From Tubiluchus corallicola (Eukaryota; Animalia; Priapulida): a stretch of DNA of 23,552 nt. Under the pieces are notes generated by a model, which was not told where the DNA came from, made no database searches, and saw only the letters and a program-made list of their open reading frames with translations. This document shows positions 10,310 through 23,128 of the stretch, piece by piece. Within the stretch, counting starts at the first letter, position 1, and every line of letters starts with the position of its first letter. The stretch lies in contig JAQGDQ010000853.1 in assembly GCA_030141605.1 (NCBI GenBank), positions 1 to 23,552 of the forward strand, read 5' to 3'. The position numbers and the translations under genes are program-made.

Positions 10310-10429
10310 CTCCTTTGACGACCAAACACATACTCGTAACTCCAGGGATACTTTGCTATATTCGTTCACGTTTCATCGATTGTTACATGATGTGCCTTAA
10401 TTGCTGAAAATAGCCTCCAAGTACACTGA

Positions 10430-10612
10430 CAAATTCCCATCGTAATAAAAACGGATTTGTAGCCTTTTCTGATGAAGCGAAATTGTCCCCTAATAGCCCG
10501 AGCAACGATATGGATCAAGTCATAAATCATACAAACCTTTAGACTGCAGGGCATATACATCATTTGAGAAGCAACAATCACCATTTCTACACTCAATCTG
10601 AATATTAACTTC
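10430..10612 (-). pseudogene. possible decayed DNA-transposase fragment (Mutator-like N-terminal region)
   Basis: Minus strand reads IQIECRNGDCCFSNDVYALQSKGLYDL, then with a frameshift FRFIRKGYKSVFITMGI; loosely like I.C..C...Y..N...R.IG.G...F...M. Weak. Confidence 0.25.
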
Positions 10613-11727
10613 TGTCTATTATTAACGACTGCTCAGCCGTCTGCAATAAATAGCCTAATAGTAACATGTCATTGTCAAAGCGCACGTTTGACGTTATGCA
10701 TGGCAGCTCAATCGCGAGATGGCAGCACTGGCTAGTCTATACGGTGAATAATATTTGTGTGATTTTCTATCACAAGACACTGCGCTGTTGGCTGTAGAGA
10801 CAAGGTTAGCTAAGCAGAGGTTACAATTAATGCTTAGCAATAATGTACCTGGTTGGCAAATGGAGGATTGACCCTAGAAAAGCTCCTTCGGGGCAGTTTC
10901 TTCTGTCTTAATAGCGCTCAGCTGTTTGCTTCGTTGAGGAAGGGTGTATTTACAACAGAAACAAAAATTGCCACCCGTTGTACCGGTCCTGCCACAATCA
11001 TTTATAATGGTGAAGCTTTTCAAAATTAATTTAACGTACAAAACATGATTATACGATTAAATTAACAAATAAAAAACAAAGATAAAAAGATATCTAATTA
11101 TATGTATATTATTAATTAGTTATATGTTATTAATAATAAATTAATAAGTATATATATTAACTATACATCATTAATTATATATATTAATTAGTAATAAGAG
11201 TTACAAAATTGTTTTTGTATCAAATTAAAGCGATAAAGCGCGCATGAGTCGTGCGATTGTCCTTGCAAGAAAGTTGACCAAATGCAGCTGTTTGCAAAAA
11301 CACAGTGGACAGTGGTCAGCACTGGATCACTGACCAGAGGTCTAAAATCAAAAGCAACAAAGTCTTGCTAACCAAACAGTTTGATACTCTCATCATCTGT
11401 TTTACAAATTACTCTGGTCAAGTCTCGAATGTGCATAGCAATGACCAACAAGAATGACCACACAAGAGTGGACAAGTGGGTGAACACTAGCCACAAAGTC
11501 AGTGACTGCAGAAGTACATCAACTCATATTATAGCTAAGTGTAGCAAACTTTCAAAGTATGGCTACGAAAAAGTTTCATTAATGGAAGTGTAATTAGTAT
11601 AAAAGCATTGGACAGAACTCATGGTCTGAAATGTTTGTTACAAGAGACAATCAGAAGATGTATACACTTGTCAAAGATATGATCAGCATACAAGCCATAT
11701 GTCATGCTCAGAAGTATGTTTGTCACA

Positions 11728-12778
11728 AGCATGTCTAGCAGAAGCACAGTGTCATAGGACATGATTACAAGAAACAAACATTTGTCAAAGCATGACTAGC
11801 AGAGGCACAGTGTCATAGGACATGATTACAAGAAACAAACATTTGTCAAAGCATGACTAGCAGAAGCACAGTGTCATAGGACATGATTACAAGAAACAAA
11901 CATTTGTCAAAGCATGACTAGCAGAGGCACAGTGTCATAGGACATGATTACAAGAAACAAACATTTGTCAAAGCATGACTAGCAGAGGCACAGTGTCATA
12001 GGACATGATTACAAGAAACAAACATTTGTCAAAGCATGACTAGCAGAGGCACAGTGTCATAGGACATGATTACAAGAAACAAACATTTGTCCAAGCATGA
12101 CTAACAGAAGCACAGTGTCATAGGACATGATTACAAGAAACAAACATTTGTCAAAGCATGACTAGCAGAGGCACAGTGTCATAGGACATGATTACAAGAA
12201 ACAAACATTTGTCAAAGCATGACTAGCAGAGGCACAGTGTCATAGGACATGATTACAAGAAACAAACATTTGTCAAAGCATGACTAGCAGAAGCACAGTG
12301 TCATAGGACATGATTAAAAGAAATAAACATTTTTCAAAGCATGACTAGCAGAAGCACAGTGTCATAGGACATGATTGCAAGAAACAAACATTTTTCAAAG
12401 CATGACTAGCAGAGGCACAGTGTCATAGGACATGATTAAAAGAAATAAACATTTTTCAAAGCATGACTAGCAGAGGCACAGTGTCATAGGACATGATTGC
12501 AAGAAACAAACATTTTTCAAAGCATGACTAGCAGAGGCACAGTGTCATAGGACATGATTAAAAGAAATAAACATTTTTCAAAGCATGACTAGCAGAAGCA
12601 CAGTGTCATAGGACATGATTGCAAGAAACAAACATTTTTCAAAGCATGACTAGCAGAAGCACAGTGTCATAGGACATGATTGCAAGAAACAAACATTTTT
12701 CAAAGCATGACTAGCAGAGGCACAGTGTCATAGGACATGATTAAAAGAAATAAACATTTTTCAAAGCATGACTAGCAG
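11728..12778. repeat. 61-bp tandem repeat array (~17 copies)
   Basis: Unit AAGCATGACTAGCAGAGGCACAGTGTCATAGGACATGATTACAAGAAACAAACATTTGTCA. Confidence 0.97.
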
Positions 12779-12794
12779 TAGTGCAGTGCTCACA

Positions 12795-13492
12795 AGTCAT
12801 GGGCAGAAATACGTTTGTCACAAGATATCAAAAGAAGCACACACTCACACTAGTTGAAGTCATGACCAGCACGTCATGGGTAGAAGTACGTTGCTCACAA
12901 GATACCACAAGATGCACACACTCACACTAGTTGAAGTCATGACCAGCAAGTCATGGACAGAAGTACGTTGCTCACAAGATACCACAACCTGCACACACTC
13001 ACACTAGTTGATGTCATGACCAGCAAGTCATGGACAGAAGTACGTTGCTCACAAGATACCACAACCTGCACACACTCACACTAGTTGAAGTCATGACCAG
13101 CAAGTCATGGACAGAAGTACGTTGCTCACAAGATACCACAAGAAGCACACACTCACACTAGTCGAAGTCATGACCAGCAAGTCACGGGTAGAAGTACGTT
13201 GCTCACAAGATACCACAAGAAGCACACACTCACACTATTGAAGTCATGACCAGCAAGTCATGGACAAAAGTACGTTGCTCACAAGATACCACAAGATGCA
13301 CACACTCACACTAGTTGAAGTCATGACCAGCAAGTCATGGACAGAAGTACGTTGCTCACAAGATACCACAAGATGCACACACTCACACTAGTTGAAGTCA
13401 TGACCAGCAAGTCACGGGTAGAAGTACGTTGCTCACAAGATACCACAAGAAGCACACACTCACACTATTGAAGTCATGACCAGCAAGTCATG
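12795..13492. repeat. 77-bp tandem repeat array (~9 copies)
   Basis: Unit AGTTGAAGTCATGACCAGCAAGTCATGGACAGAAGTACGTTGCTCACAAGATACCACAAGATGCACACACTCACACT. Confidence 0.96.
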
Positions 13493-13539
13493 ATGATTAG
13501 AAGCTGCTCCCGATAGGCTGATCATATTTGTGAACAACA

Positions 13540-13730
13540 ATTACGTCGCCGCGTCTCATACTTATCAAAGTGGCTAGCGCGCGCGGCCATTAGCGCTCCT
13601 AGCGCGTTGTATAAGAGTGTTTAAACATTATACTTGATGAGACAGAAATGTCAACTTGTAATTTAACGTCGTGTCGGCGGAAGCCAAATCAATTGACGCA
13701 TGCGCAGCAGTGTCGAGCAGTAAGCGCAGG
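13540..13730 (+). promoter_or_regulatory. CpG-rich promoter-like patch with NRF1-like motif
   Basis: Dense CpGs (GCGCGCGCGG, CGTCGCCGCG), CGGAAG ETS-like core near 13678 and GACGCATGCGCA at about 13696-13707, just upstream of a consensus splice donor. Confidence 0.5.
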
Positions 13731-13770
13731 AAACTGGTACAGTTTGTGCCGAAGAAACACAGTTCTTAGG

Positions 13771-13939
13771 ATGGATAAAACACTAAATGAGGTAAGTCGT
13801 TTAATTCGAGTTAGTTTTTTAGTTACAATTCTCTAGAAGTGTTCATTTTGTCGTTTTTCTTTTCCACCGTGTTTCCTGGTCTATTTCCGGTTTGCTTTTC
13901 TGTTTCTCTCAGGCTCGCTGCGATGTCTGTCAGATTTAA
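13771..13939 (+). other. putative exon/121-nt intron/exon with spliced micro-ORF MDKTLNE|ARCDVCQI*
   Basis: AGGATGG start context at 13771; donor GAG|GTAAGT (13791/13792); long polypyrimidine tract ending TTTCTCTCAG| (13912); stop at 13937-13939. Confidence 0.45.
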
Positions 13940-14116
13940 TATTAATTCATTACAACATTAATTATTAAAAATTAGTGCATGTTCAAATTGCTGAAAGTTA
14001 TTGTTATTATTTTTTTGTTCATATAATAACTTTTTTAGGAAATTTAGGAATATTTGAGGAAAAGGTCTTTGATTAGAGGACACCTAGCTAAAGATGTGAC
14101 GTAGCATTTAAATGTC

Positions 14117-15534
14117 TTAACTCAACAATGCGTGGTCTGAGATTAACTCAACAATGCGTGGTCTGAGATTAACTCAACAATGCGTGGTCTGAGATTAACT
14201 CAACAATGCGTGGTCTGAGATCAACTCAACAATGCGTGGCCTGAGATTAACTCAACAATGCGTGGTCTGAGATTAACTCAACAATGCATGGTCTGAGATT
14301 AACTCAACAATGCGTGGTCTGAGATTAACTCAACAATGCGTGGTTTGAGAATAACTCAACAATGCGTGGTTTGAGAATAACTCAACAATGCGTGGCCTGA
14401 GACTAACTCAACAATGCGTGGTCTGAGATTAACTCAACAATGCGTGGTTTGAGAATAACTCAACAATGCGTGGCCTGAGATTAACTCAACAATGCGTGGT
14501 TTGAGAATAACTCAACAATGCATGGTCTGAGACTAACTCAACAATGCGTGGTCTGAGATTAACTCAACAATGCGTGGCCTGAGATTAACTCAACAATGCG
14601 TGGTTTGAGAATAACTCAACAATGCATGGTCTGAGACTAACTCAACAATGCGTGGTCTGAGATTAACTCAACAATGCGTGGCCTGAGATTAACTCAACAA
14701 TGCGTGGTTTGAGAATAACTCAACAATGCATGGTCTGAGACTAACTCAACAATGCGTGGTCTGAGATTAACTCAACAATGCGTGGCCTGAGATTAACTCA
14801 ACAATGCGTGGTTTGAGAATAACTCAACAATGCATGGTCTGAGACTAACTCAACAATGCGTGGTCTGAGATTAACTCAACAATGCGTGGCCTGAGATTAA
14901 CTCAACAATGCGTGGTTTGAGAATAACTCAACAATGCATGGTCTGAGACTAACTCAACAATGCGTGGTCTGAGATTAACTCAACAATGCGTGGCCTGAGA
15001 TTAACTCAACAATGCGTGGTTTGAGAATAACTCAACAATGCATGGTCTGAGACTAACTCAACAATGCGTGGTCTGAGATTAACTCAACAATGCGTGGCCT
15101 GAGATTAACTCAACAATGCGTGGTTTGAGAATAACTCAACAATGCATGGTCTGAGACTAACTCAACAATGCGTGGTCTGAGATTAACTCAACAATGCGTG
15201 GCCTGAGATTAACTCAACAATGCGTGGTTTGAGAATAACTCAACAATGCATGGTCTGAGAATAACTCAACAATGCGTGGTCTGAGATTAACTCAACAATG
15301 CGTGGTTTGAGATTAACTCAACAATGCGTGGCCTGAGATTAACTCAACAATGCGTGGCCTGAGATTAACTCAACAATGCGTGGTCTGAGATTAACTCAAC
15401 AATGCGTGGTCTGAGATTAACTCAACAATGCGTGACCTGAGATTAACTCAACAATGCGTGGCCTGAGATTAACTCAACAATGCGTGACCTGAGATTAACT
15501 CAACAATGGGTAACCTGAGATTAACTCAACAATG
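14117..15534. repeat. 26-bp tandem repeat array (~54 copies) with 104-bp higher-order repeat
   Basis: Unit TTAACTCAACAATGCGTGGTCTGAGA; the GCATGG variant recurs every 104 bp from 14520 to 15248. Confidence 0.98.
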
Positions 15535-16046
15535 GATTGAGTTTATGGATTAAAAGTTTAATTAATCGTCAATTAGTATTAATAACATAAGCAAACAATC
15601 TTGAGATTAAACGATGATTTATTTAATAAAATGTTATCGTAATAAGGAAAAGAAGAATGAAAGAAAGCAAAAAACAAAAGGGGGAGAAAGAGAAAGTACA
15701 AAAAGTTTATTAAGAAGAAAAAGACTTGTTTTACTAATGATTTTGCTAATTAAAGAGGTAGCGGTGAAGGTGGTGGCGCTGCGATGGCAGTGGTAATCTT
15801 GCCGCCATCTTAAAATATGAATAATTTTCTCTAAGACGCTTAATCTACCATATGTTTGCAAAAAATTTTTAATCGTAAAGCAAACAGACATATTTATTTA
15901 TATTCTAGTTGTTGATAACAGCTAGAGCGATAAAATGTGAAATAATAGATTAATTAAGTTCATAATTAAGTCCATTTAAGAGGCTTGATTACTTTGACTC
16001 CAACTGTGTAACCTGTTACTGTACATTTACAGCATTGAATGCTTAA

Positions 16047-16731
16047 AGGACAAGAAAAGGGGTACCTGAAGTAGGTTTCAGAAAAATCGCATTAAAAATA
16101 TATTATATTACTTTATAGCAATTTTATGCGTATATCTTACTCACACTGAAAGGAATTTTAGTTTGTTTTCATTTTAAATCTCCCGCAATACTGTTCCGAA
16201 GTCGCCATTGCATGACGTCATGTACCAAACGTAAATCAAGGGAAGAAAAGGCAATGTTAAATTATATCTCAAAAGACTTTCCATGCAAATCTATATTACT
16301 TAGATTTTCGCTTACCTGCTAGAAAGACTTATGTAACTAGAAAAGATAATTATTAATTATTTAAAATGTTTTCACCAATTGGTAAAATGTCGCTGACTCA
16401 CCCTCCAGGGTGCACCACTCACTAACCAAAAAACGTATTTTTAATCTTATTGACAAGATACAGTAATTTTAAATTTTATTTAGTTAGTGACTTGAGCGCT
16501 ACGAATGCTCTGATTATTTTTTCAAACTTTACAATGTTACCTAAACTTGTTTCAAATGACCTGTCGTCAAAATGGCTGCGTGTAACGGTCATCGCGGGAG
16601 TTTAAATTTACATGTTTTATACAGCGTGACTGCCGATTGAAGTCCTGCACGCAAAAAGGCAGTTTGTAAGTGACATAAAATTTCAAAACGAATTTTTCAA
16701 GCTTTATGTTTATGAAGGGTTTTCTTGTGCT
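16047..16731. mobile_element. Kolobok-like non-autonomous DNA transposon (T2-MITE-like), 685 bp
   Basis: TTAA|AGGACAAGAAAA ... TTTTCTTGTGCT|TTAA: intact TTAA TSD, 12-bp TIR (11/12 match) with AG..CT termini; internal inverted motif TTTAAATCTCCCGC (16173-16186) / GCGGGAGTTTAAA (16594-16606). Confidence 0.85.
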
Positions 16732-16944
16732 TTAAATAAAAACCGGGTCGTGATGTCGGGTAGGGCGCCGTTTCTCCCAAAATTATCGACTGTAAGACAC
16801 CCAACATCAGCCATTTTTCTAGGCTGTCCGTAGTAATTAAATTAACTACGGTGTCTAGGTTATTCTGTTGAACTTTGAAAATTTTGTTAATTGTTTTGTT
16901 AATGTCGAATCTGTAATTAATAATTAACAGCCATTGGACTCGAG

Positions 16945-17019
16945 AAGAATTCTGCCCCCTCTCACCCTTGCGTCTGGGGAGTGATTGCTCCCAGTCACCC
17001 CCAACTGGCTACGCCTCTA
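16945..17019. mobile_element. solo hAT-like transposon terminus
   Basis: GC-rich end CTGGGGAGTGATTGCTCCCAG..CCCCCAACTGGCTACGCCTCTA; reverse complement TAGAGGCGTAGCCAG resembles hAT MITE termini; partner end not found. Confidence 0.4.
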
Positions 17020-17117
17020 CCTGTAATGCGTTAGCAAAGAGGGAAGACAGAGTAAAAGAGATGAAATATTGCATGTAGAAGAATGAAAATAGTTTATTTT
17101 TTCCGAGGAAGAAGTAC

Positions 17118-17493
<376 letters not shown>

Positions 17494-18128
17494 GCGTGAA
17501 ATCCTAATCAGCTCCATCTAGTGAACATTAAGAACAACTACGTAGTTCTATATACATGATTATGATTTGACAGGTTGTTAAATTAGTTCTAGAGGTGTGG
17601 ATTTACTTTTGTGTAGTGTTAGTATAGTTTAATACGTAATCTTTATTAAAAATATTAAAAATATTTACAAGTATAAAATATCATAAACCAGGATGAAACG
17701 TATATACAGCACAGTTATAAATTTTACAGATAAAAATGTCTATTTAAACGGTTAAAAGCACCAATGCTACTTACATGTGTCTATCCAAACATAAATGATG
17801 ATTAAGATTTACATCTTTTAAACGTTTTTTAAAAACTTTGCTACTCTGAGCACAGACCAAGGAGGCACCACTTACAGAAACTCAGGAAGTTGATTCCAGA
17901 TTTTAATTATTCTGTTTGAGAAAAAGTTTTTAAAACAATCAAGTCGGCAGTGAGTGGGTTGTAGCTTCAAGTGGTGCCCCCTGGTTAGATTAGATAGAGG
18001 TACTTTGCCAAAAATACGTGTTTGTCTATGGTACTGTCTTCATGTAATATAGAATAACACATTGTCAGGTCACAGTGAATTCATTGAACTTTAAGTGGAT
18101 CAAGATTTCGAAATGCTAATCGATCAAG

Positions 18129-18923
18129 GTCAAGATTGCACCTAGTAAATATCCTGTCAAGATTGCACCTAGTAAATAACCTGTCAAGATTGCACCTAGT
18201 AAATAATCTACGAGTGAGGGTATGACGTGCTGTCAAGATTGCACCTACGTATATCCTGTCAAGATTGCACCTAGTAAATAACCTGTCAAGATTGCACCTA
18301 GTAAATAGTCTACGAGTGAGGGTATGACGTGCTGTCAAGATTGCACCTAGTAAATAGCCTGTCAAGATTACACCTAGTAAATAGCCTGTCAAGATTGCAC
18401 CTAGTAAATAGTCTACGAGTGAGGGTATGACGTGTTGTCAAGATTGCACCTAGTAAATAGCCTGTCAAGATTGCACCTAGTAAATATCCTGTCAAGATTG
18501 CACCTAGTAAATAACCTGTCAAGATTGCACCTAGTAAATAGTCTACGAGTGAGGGTATGACGTGCTGTCAAGATTGCACCTAGTAAATAGCCTGTCAAGA
18601 TTACACCTAGTAAATAGCCTGTCAAGATTGCACCTAGTAAATAGTCTACGAGTGAGGGTATGACGTGTTGTCAAGATTGCACCTAGTAAATAGCCTGTCA
18701 AGATTGCACCTAGTAAATAGTCTACGAGTGAGGGTATGACGTGTTGTCAAGATTGCACCTAGTAAATAGCCTGTCAAGATTGCACCTAGTAAATAGTCTA
18801 CGAGTGAGGGTATGACGTGCTGTCAAGATTGCACCTAGTAAATAGTCTACTAGTGAGGGTATGGCGTGCTGTCAAGATTGCACCTAGCAAATAGCCTGTC
18901 AAGATTGCACCAACTAAATAACC
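18129..18923. repeat. composite minisatellite of 27-bp and 49-bp units
   Basis: Core TGTCAAGATTGCACCTAGTAAATA followed by either GCC/ACC/TCC or GTCTACGAGTGAGGGTATGACGTGC. Confidence 0.96.
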
Positions 18924-19280
18924 TTGACGTGCATTTAGTCTAAGAAGAGATAAATGTTCTTCAATAACCGAATGTGAATGAATCACTTTCCATTTCAACG
19001 AATAAAATCTTGACTTCGCTTCCCAAAAATTCATGTAGATTCACAGTTCCTAGAAACAAGTCATTTTCTTGCTGACTGGCAGTTGTAACTGTTGTAATGA
19101 AAGAGAAATTACAATGTTGTCGTCGTTATGCGGCTCTTTTCTGGGGTTTCAGTAAATTGACTGAATACTTGTGTCAGTCTGATTGTCAACTGATTGACCT
19201 AAAGTCATTTTAGTGAATTAATTGTGCATTGTCCTTTGTGTATAGCATAATATATATAATTTTGTATTAATGTAGATAGC

Positions 19281-19333
19281 GTGTACTCGTGTGTGTGTGT
19301 GTGCGTGTGCGTGTGCGTGTGTGTGTGCGTGTA

Positions 19334-19430
<97 letters not shown>

Positions 19431-19523
19431 GCGTGTATTTGTGTGTGTGTGTGTGCATGTGTGTGTGTGTGCACATGTGCGTGTGTGTGTGTGTGTGTGT
19501 GCTAATATATATATATATATATA
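19281..19523. repeat. (GT)n microsatellite followed by (AT)n
   Basis: Directly visible. Confidence 0.97.
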
Positions 19524-20087
19524 AGTATACATTTTAGCACCAATAATACTGCAAAAGCGTTTCTGATAATTAAATAATAGATTAAAAACTTAATTAACGG
19601 CAGGTGAGCTCAGCTATTGATGACGTCACAAACTAACATAATCTTCAACAGCAAAAATATTCCACGAGCGTGTTGCACGTGCTTGCGAAAGCAAAATTTC
19701 AAGTACAGTGCTACTGTAAGACATTCAGTGTGTTGTACTAAAACTAGGCAAGTTTTAAGATAAAAATTCAAATTTCAAATTTACCGCTGTACTCGCGCAT
19801 CAGCTGTCGAACGTGAGTAGTACGTCACAAACGAACATGTCTGAACTGACAGAATCAGCACCTGTTTTTCACACTGCGTTTCCGAAATGCAGGCGCTATG
19901 CCCGTCTATCTAGCGAATGGTGAAATGCATGTAGCACCGATGAACTAGTGGTGCGAACACGAAATTGTGTTTGTGTGGTAATAATTCTTTCACATAAGTC
20001 ATTCTTGAAAAAAATAGCATGTTTCCTTTCAATATTTTAAACAGTAAATTGTTTTGACCTGCAGTTTCAGTTGGGACCAGTTTTGCT
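19523..20087 (+). mobile_element. family A copy 2 (Kolobok-like), left end missing
   Basis: Homologous to 3246-3826 (inverted) and 22279-22828; ends CCAGTTTTGCT|TTAA. Confidence 0.8.
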
Positions 20088-20147
20088 TTAATCTTTTGTA
20101 TACATATATATATATATATGTGACTCAATCTCATTTTAATTTACTGC

Positions 20148-20632
20148 CCAAAATACACATTTTCTTGTCTATAAAAGTTTCACTTGGTTATAATATTTGA
20201 ATAATTACCTTGGAAAGTCAATTAATGGCAACCGAACACAGCTATCGCCTACGTCACAAACTAAGCACAGTTTGTGCAATGGTAGGCATCTTCGCCGCGC
20301 GTCAAACACGTTTGCATAAGCAAAGATTGCTGTAAGACGTTGTTGTGATGTAACGAAAATGAACTCTATGTCACACTGACGTCACAGACGAACACTGCAG
20401 TTCATGATCTTGCTTATCACGGTACAGCGTCTATTTATCGGCCACACAAAAGACGCCATTGCCAGTCTAAATTCGCTGAGCCGCGCGTAGCTTTGAAGGT
20501 TTAACGAAATTTAACTATCCGAGGTAATTATTATTTAATCTAAGCTTTGATTTAAAAAAAGCTATTGTAGTTTTCAGTATTTGAGAACATTCTTTATTTT
20601 GAACTAATGCTACACAATGGTCCGGTTTTGCT
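20148..20632 (+). mobile_element. related non-autonomous element sharing the family A terminus
   Basis: Ends TCCGGTTTTGCT|TTAA; shares ACGTCACAAACTAA and CGTCACAGACGAACA motifs; internal inverted repeat AATAATTACCTTGGAAAGT (20200-20218) / ACTATCCGAGGTAATTATT (20514-20532). Left boundary approximate. Confidence 0.55.
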
Positions 20633-21152
20633 TTAAAAAAAAACCTACATTTCAGACGCGTTGTCACACACGAACACTGCAGTTCATGATCATACTTGTC
20701 ACGGTACAGCGCCTTTGTTGAACAGCTGACCACCACGTCTCCAAAAATTACTACTGCACACATTTGTCAATTTAGTTTCTACGTTTGTTATATACGGCTT
20801 AGCAAGATTATTGACTTTTTGTTTCTATGGATCTAGTCTGCATGTTACGTAAGTAGATCTTCTTTGCTCTTCCTAATTGGAATTTACTGTTTCTGCTTCT
20901 GTGTAGCCTGAAGCCATGGAAGCTTCCCGTTTTTTCTAATGTGCGTTGACGTTTCATTTCTTGCAAAAAACTGCATTGAATAGAGAGCATTATGCGCGGT
21001 GGAAAATCGGATTGTGCGTAATTTTGTCCGCTTTAATCTTTCTGCGTACGTGCATTAATTTGCGTACGCACGGCAAGCGTCATGACGTGTATTTTTCTGA
21101 AAAAGTTATTCCACGAAAGGAGGCGTTTCATTTTTGCTCCTACTAACGTCTG

Positions 21153-21682
<530 letters not shown>

Positions 21683-22278
21683 CCAGCAAAAGTACCAAAG
21701 TCCTTGTTTGAAAACTCATTATGATTATGATTGGTTCCCCTATCAACGTGGCTTTCCTGCTTTCTTGCTATGAGAAAACTTAATCAAGTTAACTTGTTAG
21801 ATCTTGGCTGACAGTAATCCACATAACATCATTAGATAATCAACTTATCTACCGTATAACTCAATTACTTGTTAAATTCACGCTTTATAACCTTAGCTAA
21901 ATCCTATCCGACCAGTTCTACTTATGCAGCAGCATGATCTAACACCGACCATGGATTGTCACTGTTGTCCTTGAATTGCTTCAAGGTCATGCAAGCCATC
22001 TGTTAACCCATTTTATTTCAATCTCGGCCCGCCTAAACCAAACCATGCATAACATTAAACACATGCATTTGTTAAAATGTAACATGTTTGGTGTTTAAAC
22101 CGTCATCACACTCGAATTTCTCAGAAATAGTTTAAAATTTGTTGCGCCACGCATGCCGTCTGGCACTGTTGTTTCATAAAGGATCTGCGCGTTAATTTTT
22201 ATTATTTTTTGTACGTTCTCAGCTTCATACCCATAATATGTTAAAGATTAATATTGTTTTTAGACGTTAATTCCTTAA

Positions 22279-22828
22279 AAGTAAAACAGCATGATTTTTC
22301 ACATGCTACCCCAACCTGCCCCAAGTACGGGAAAAAGTACACATTTTAACATGTAATAATAATGCCAAAGCGTTCTAGTGATAGAATAACAGATTATTTA
22401 CGGCAGATGCAAGCCCAACCAGTGATGACATCACAAACGAACATAATTTTTAACAACACAAACATTCCACGCGTTGAACATGTTTGCAATAAGAAAAATT
22501 GTAGTATAACGCAACGCAAGTCTAAAATTCAAATGTTCAGCTCAGCGAGTAACTTCTCGAAGGTGTGTACTACGTCACCACTGAACACCATTCAATTCAG
22601 AAGTACAGCACGCTGTTCTGAGATGCAGGCGCTAGTACCTATCTAACAAGCGAATGGCAAAATGCATGTAACAGTGAACAACTAGGAGCATGAACACGAA
22701 ATTGCGTTTGTGTGGTAATAATTCTTTCTCGTAAGATATTCTTGAAAAAATAGCATGTTTCCTTTCAAAATTTTATAGGATTGTTTGATTGTTTTGATCT
22801 ACAGTTTAAGATTGGATCCGGTTTTGTT
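22279..22828 (+). mobile_element. family A copy 3 (Kolobok-like), possibly full length
   Basis: Homologous to copies 1 and 2; TTAA|AAGTAAAACAGCAT ... ATCCGGTTTTGTT|TTAA gives a degenerate TIR pair with TTAA on both sides. Confidence 0.75.
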
Positions 22829-23043
22829 TTAAATCGTAAATCCTGATTCGGTTTCTAAACGAGCAGAAGAGGCGGGAGGAAAGCAAAAGAAAGACAAAGA
22901 AACAAGGGGAAGAAAAGAGAAAAATTCTATGCAGTCATCCAATCTAGCATCAACCAAATCAAAATTTGGCTGTGAAAAATTAGTACACAAATTGCACGAA
23001 ATCAAAACTTTGACATTTTCGTCTGAGATTTCGGAATCGGATC

Positions 23044-23128
23044 GCCTCTTCCCTTTACAAAATTTACAAAGGACACTTCCCCCGTTTCCTCTTTAAATTT
23101 ACAAAGGACACTTCCCCCTCTTCCCTCT
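23044..23128. repeat. short tandem duplication (~38 bp)
   Basis: AAATTTACAAAGGACACTTCCCCC occurs twice. Confidence 0.8.

Noticed and set aside
10940-11025. Minus-strand MIVAGP resembling a Polinton packaging ATPase N-terminus
   Set aside because: No Walker A GK(T/S) follows and there is an in-frame stop just upstream; too short to support.
14117-15534. CRISPR-like array (26-bp partly palindromic repeats)
   Set aside because: Units are contiguous with no unique spacers, there are no cas genes, and the context is eukaryotic.
18129-18923. CRISPR-like repeat-spacer pattern and its repetitive ORFs
   Set aside because: The spacer is essentially identical each time or absent; the 49-bp unit shifts frame, so the ORFs are artefacts.
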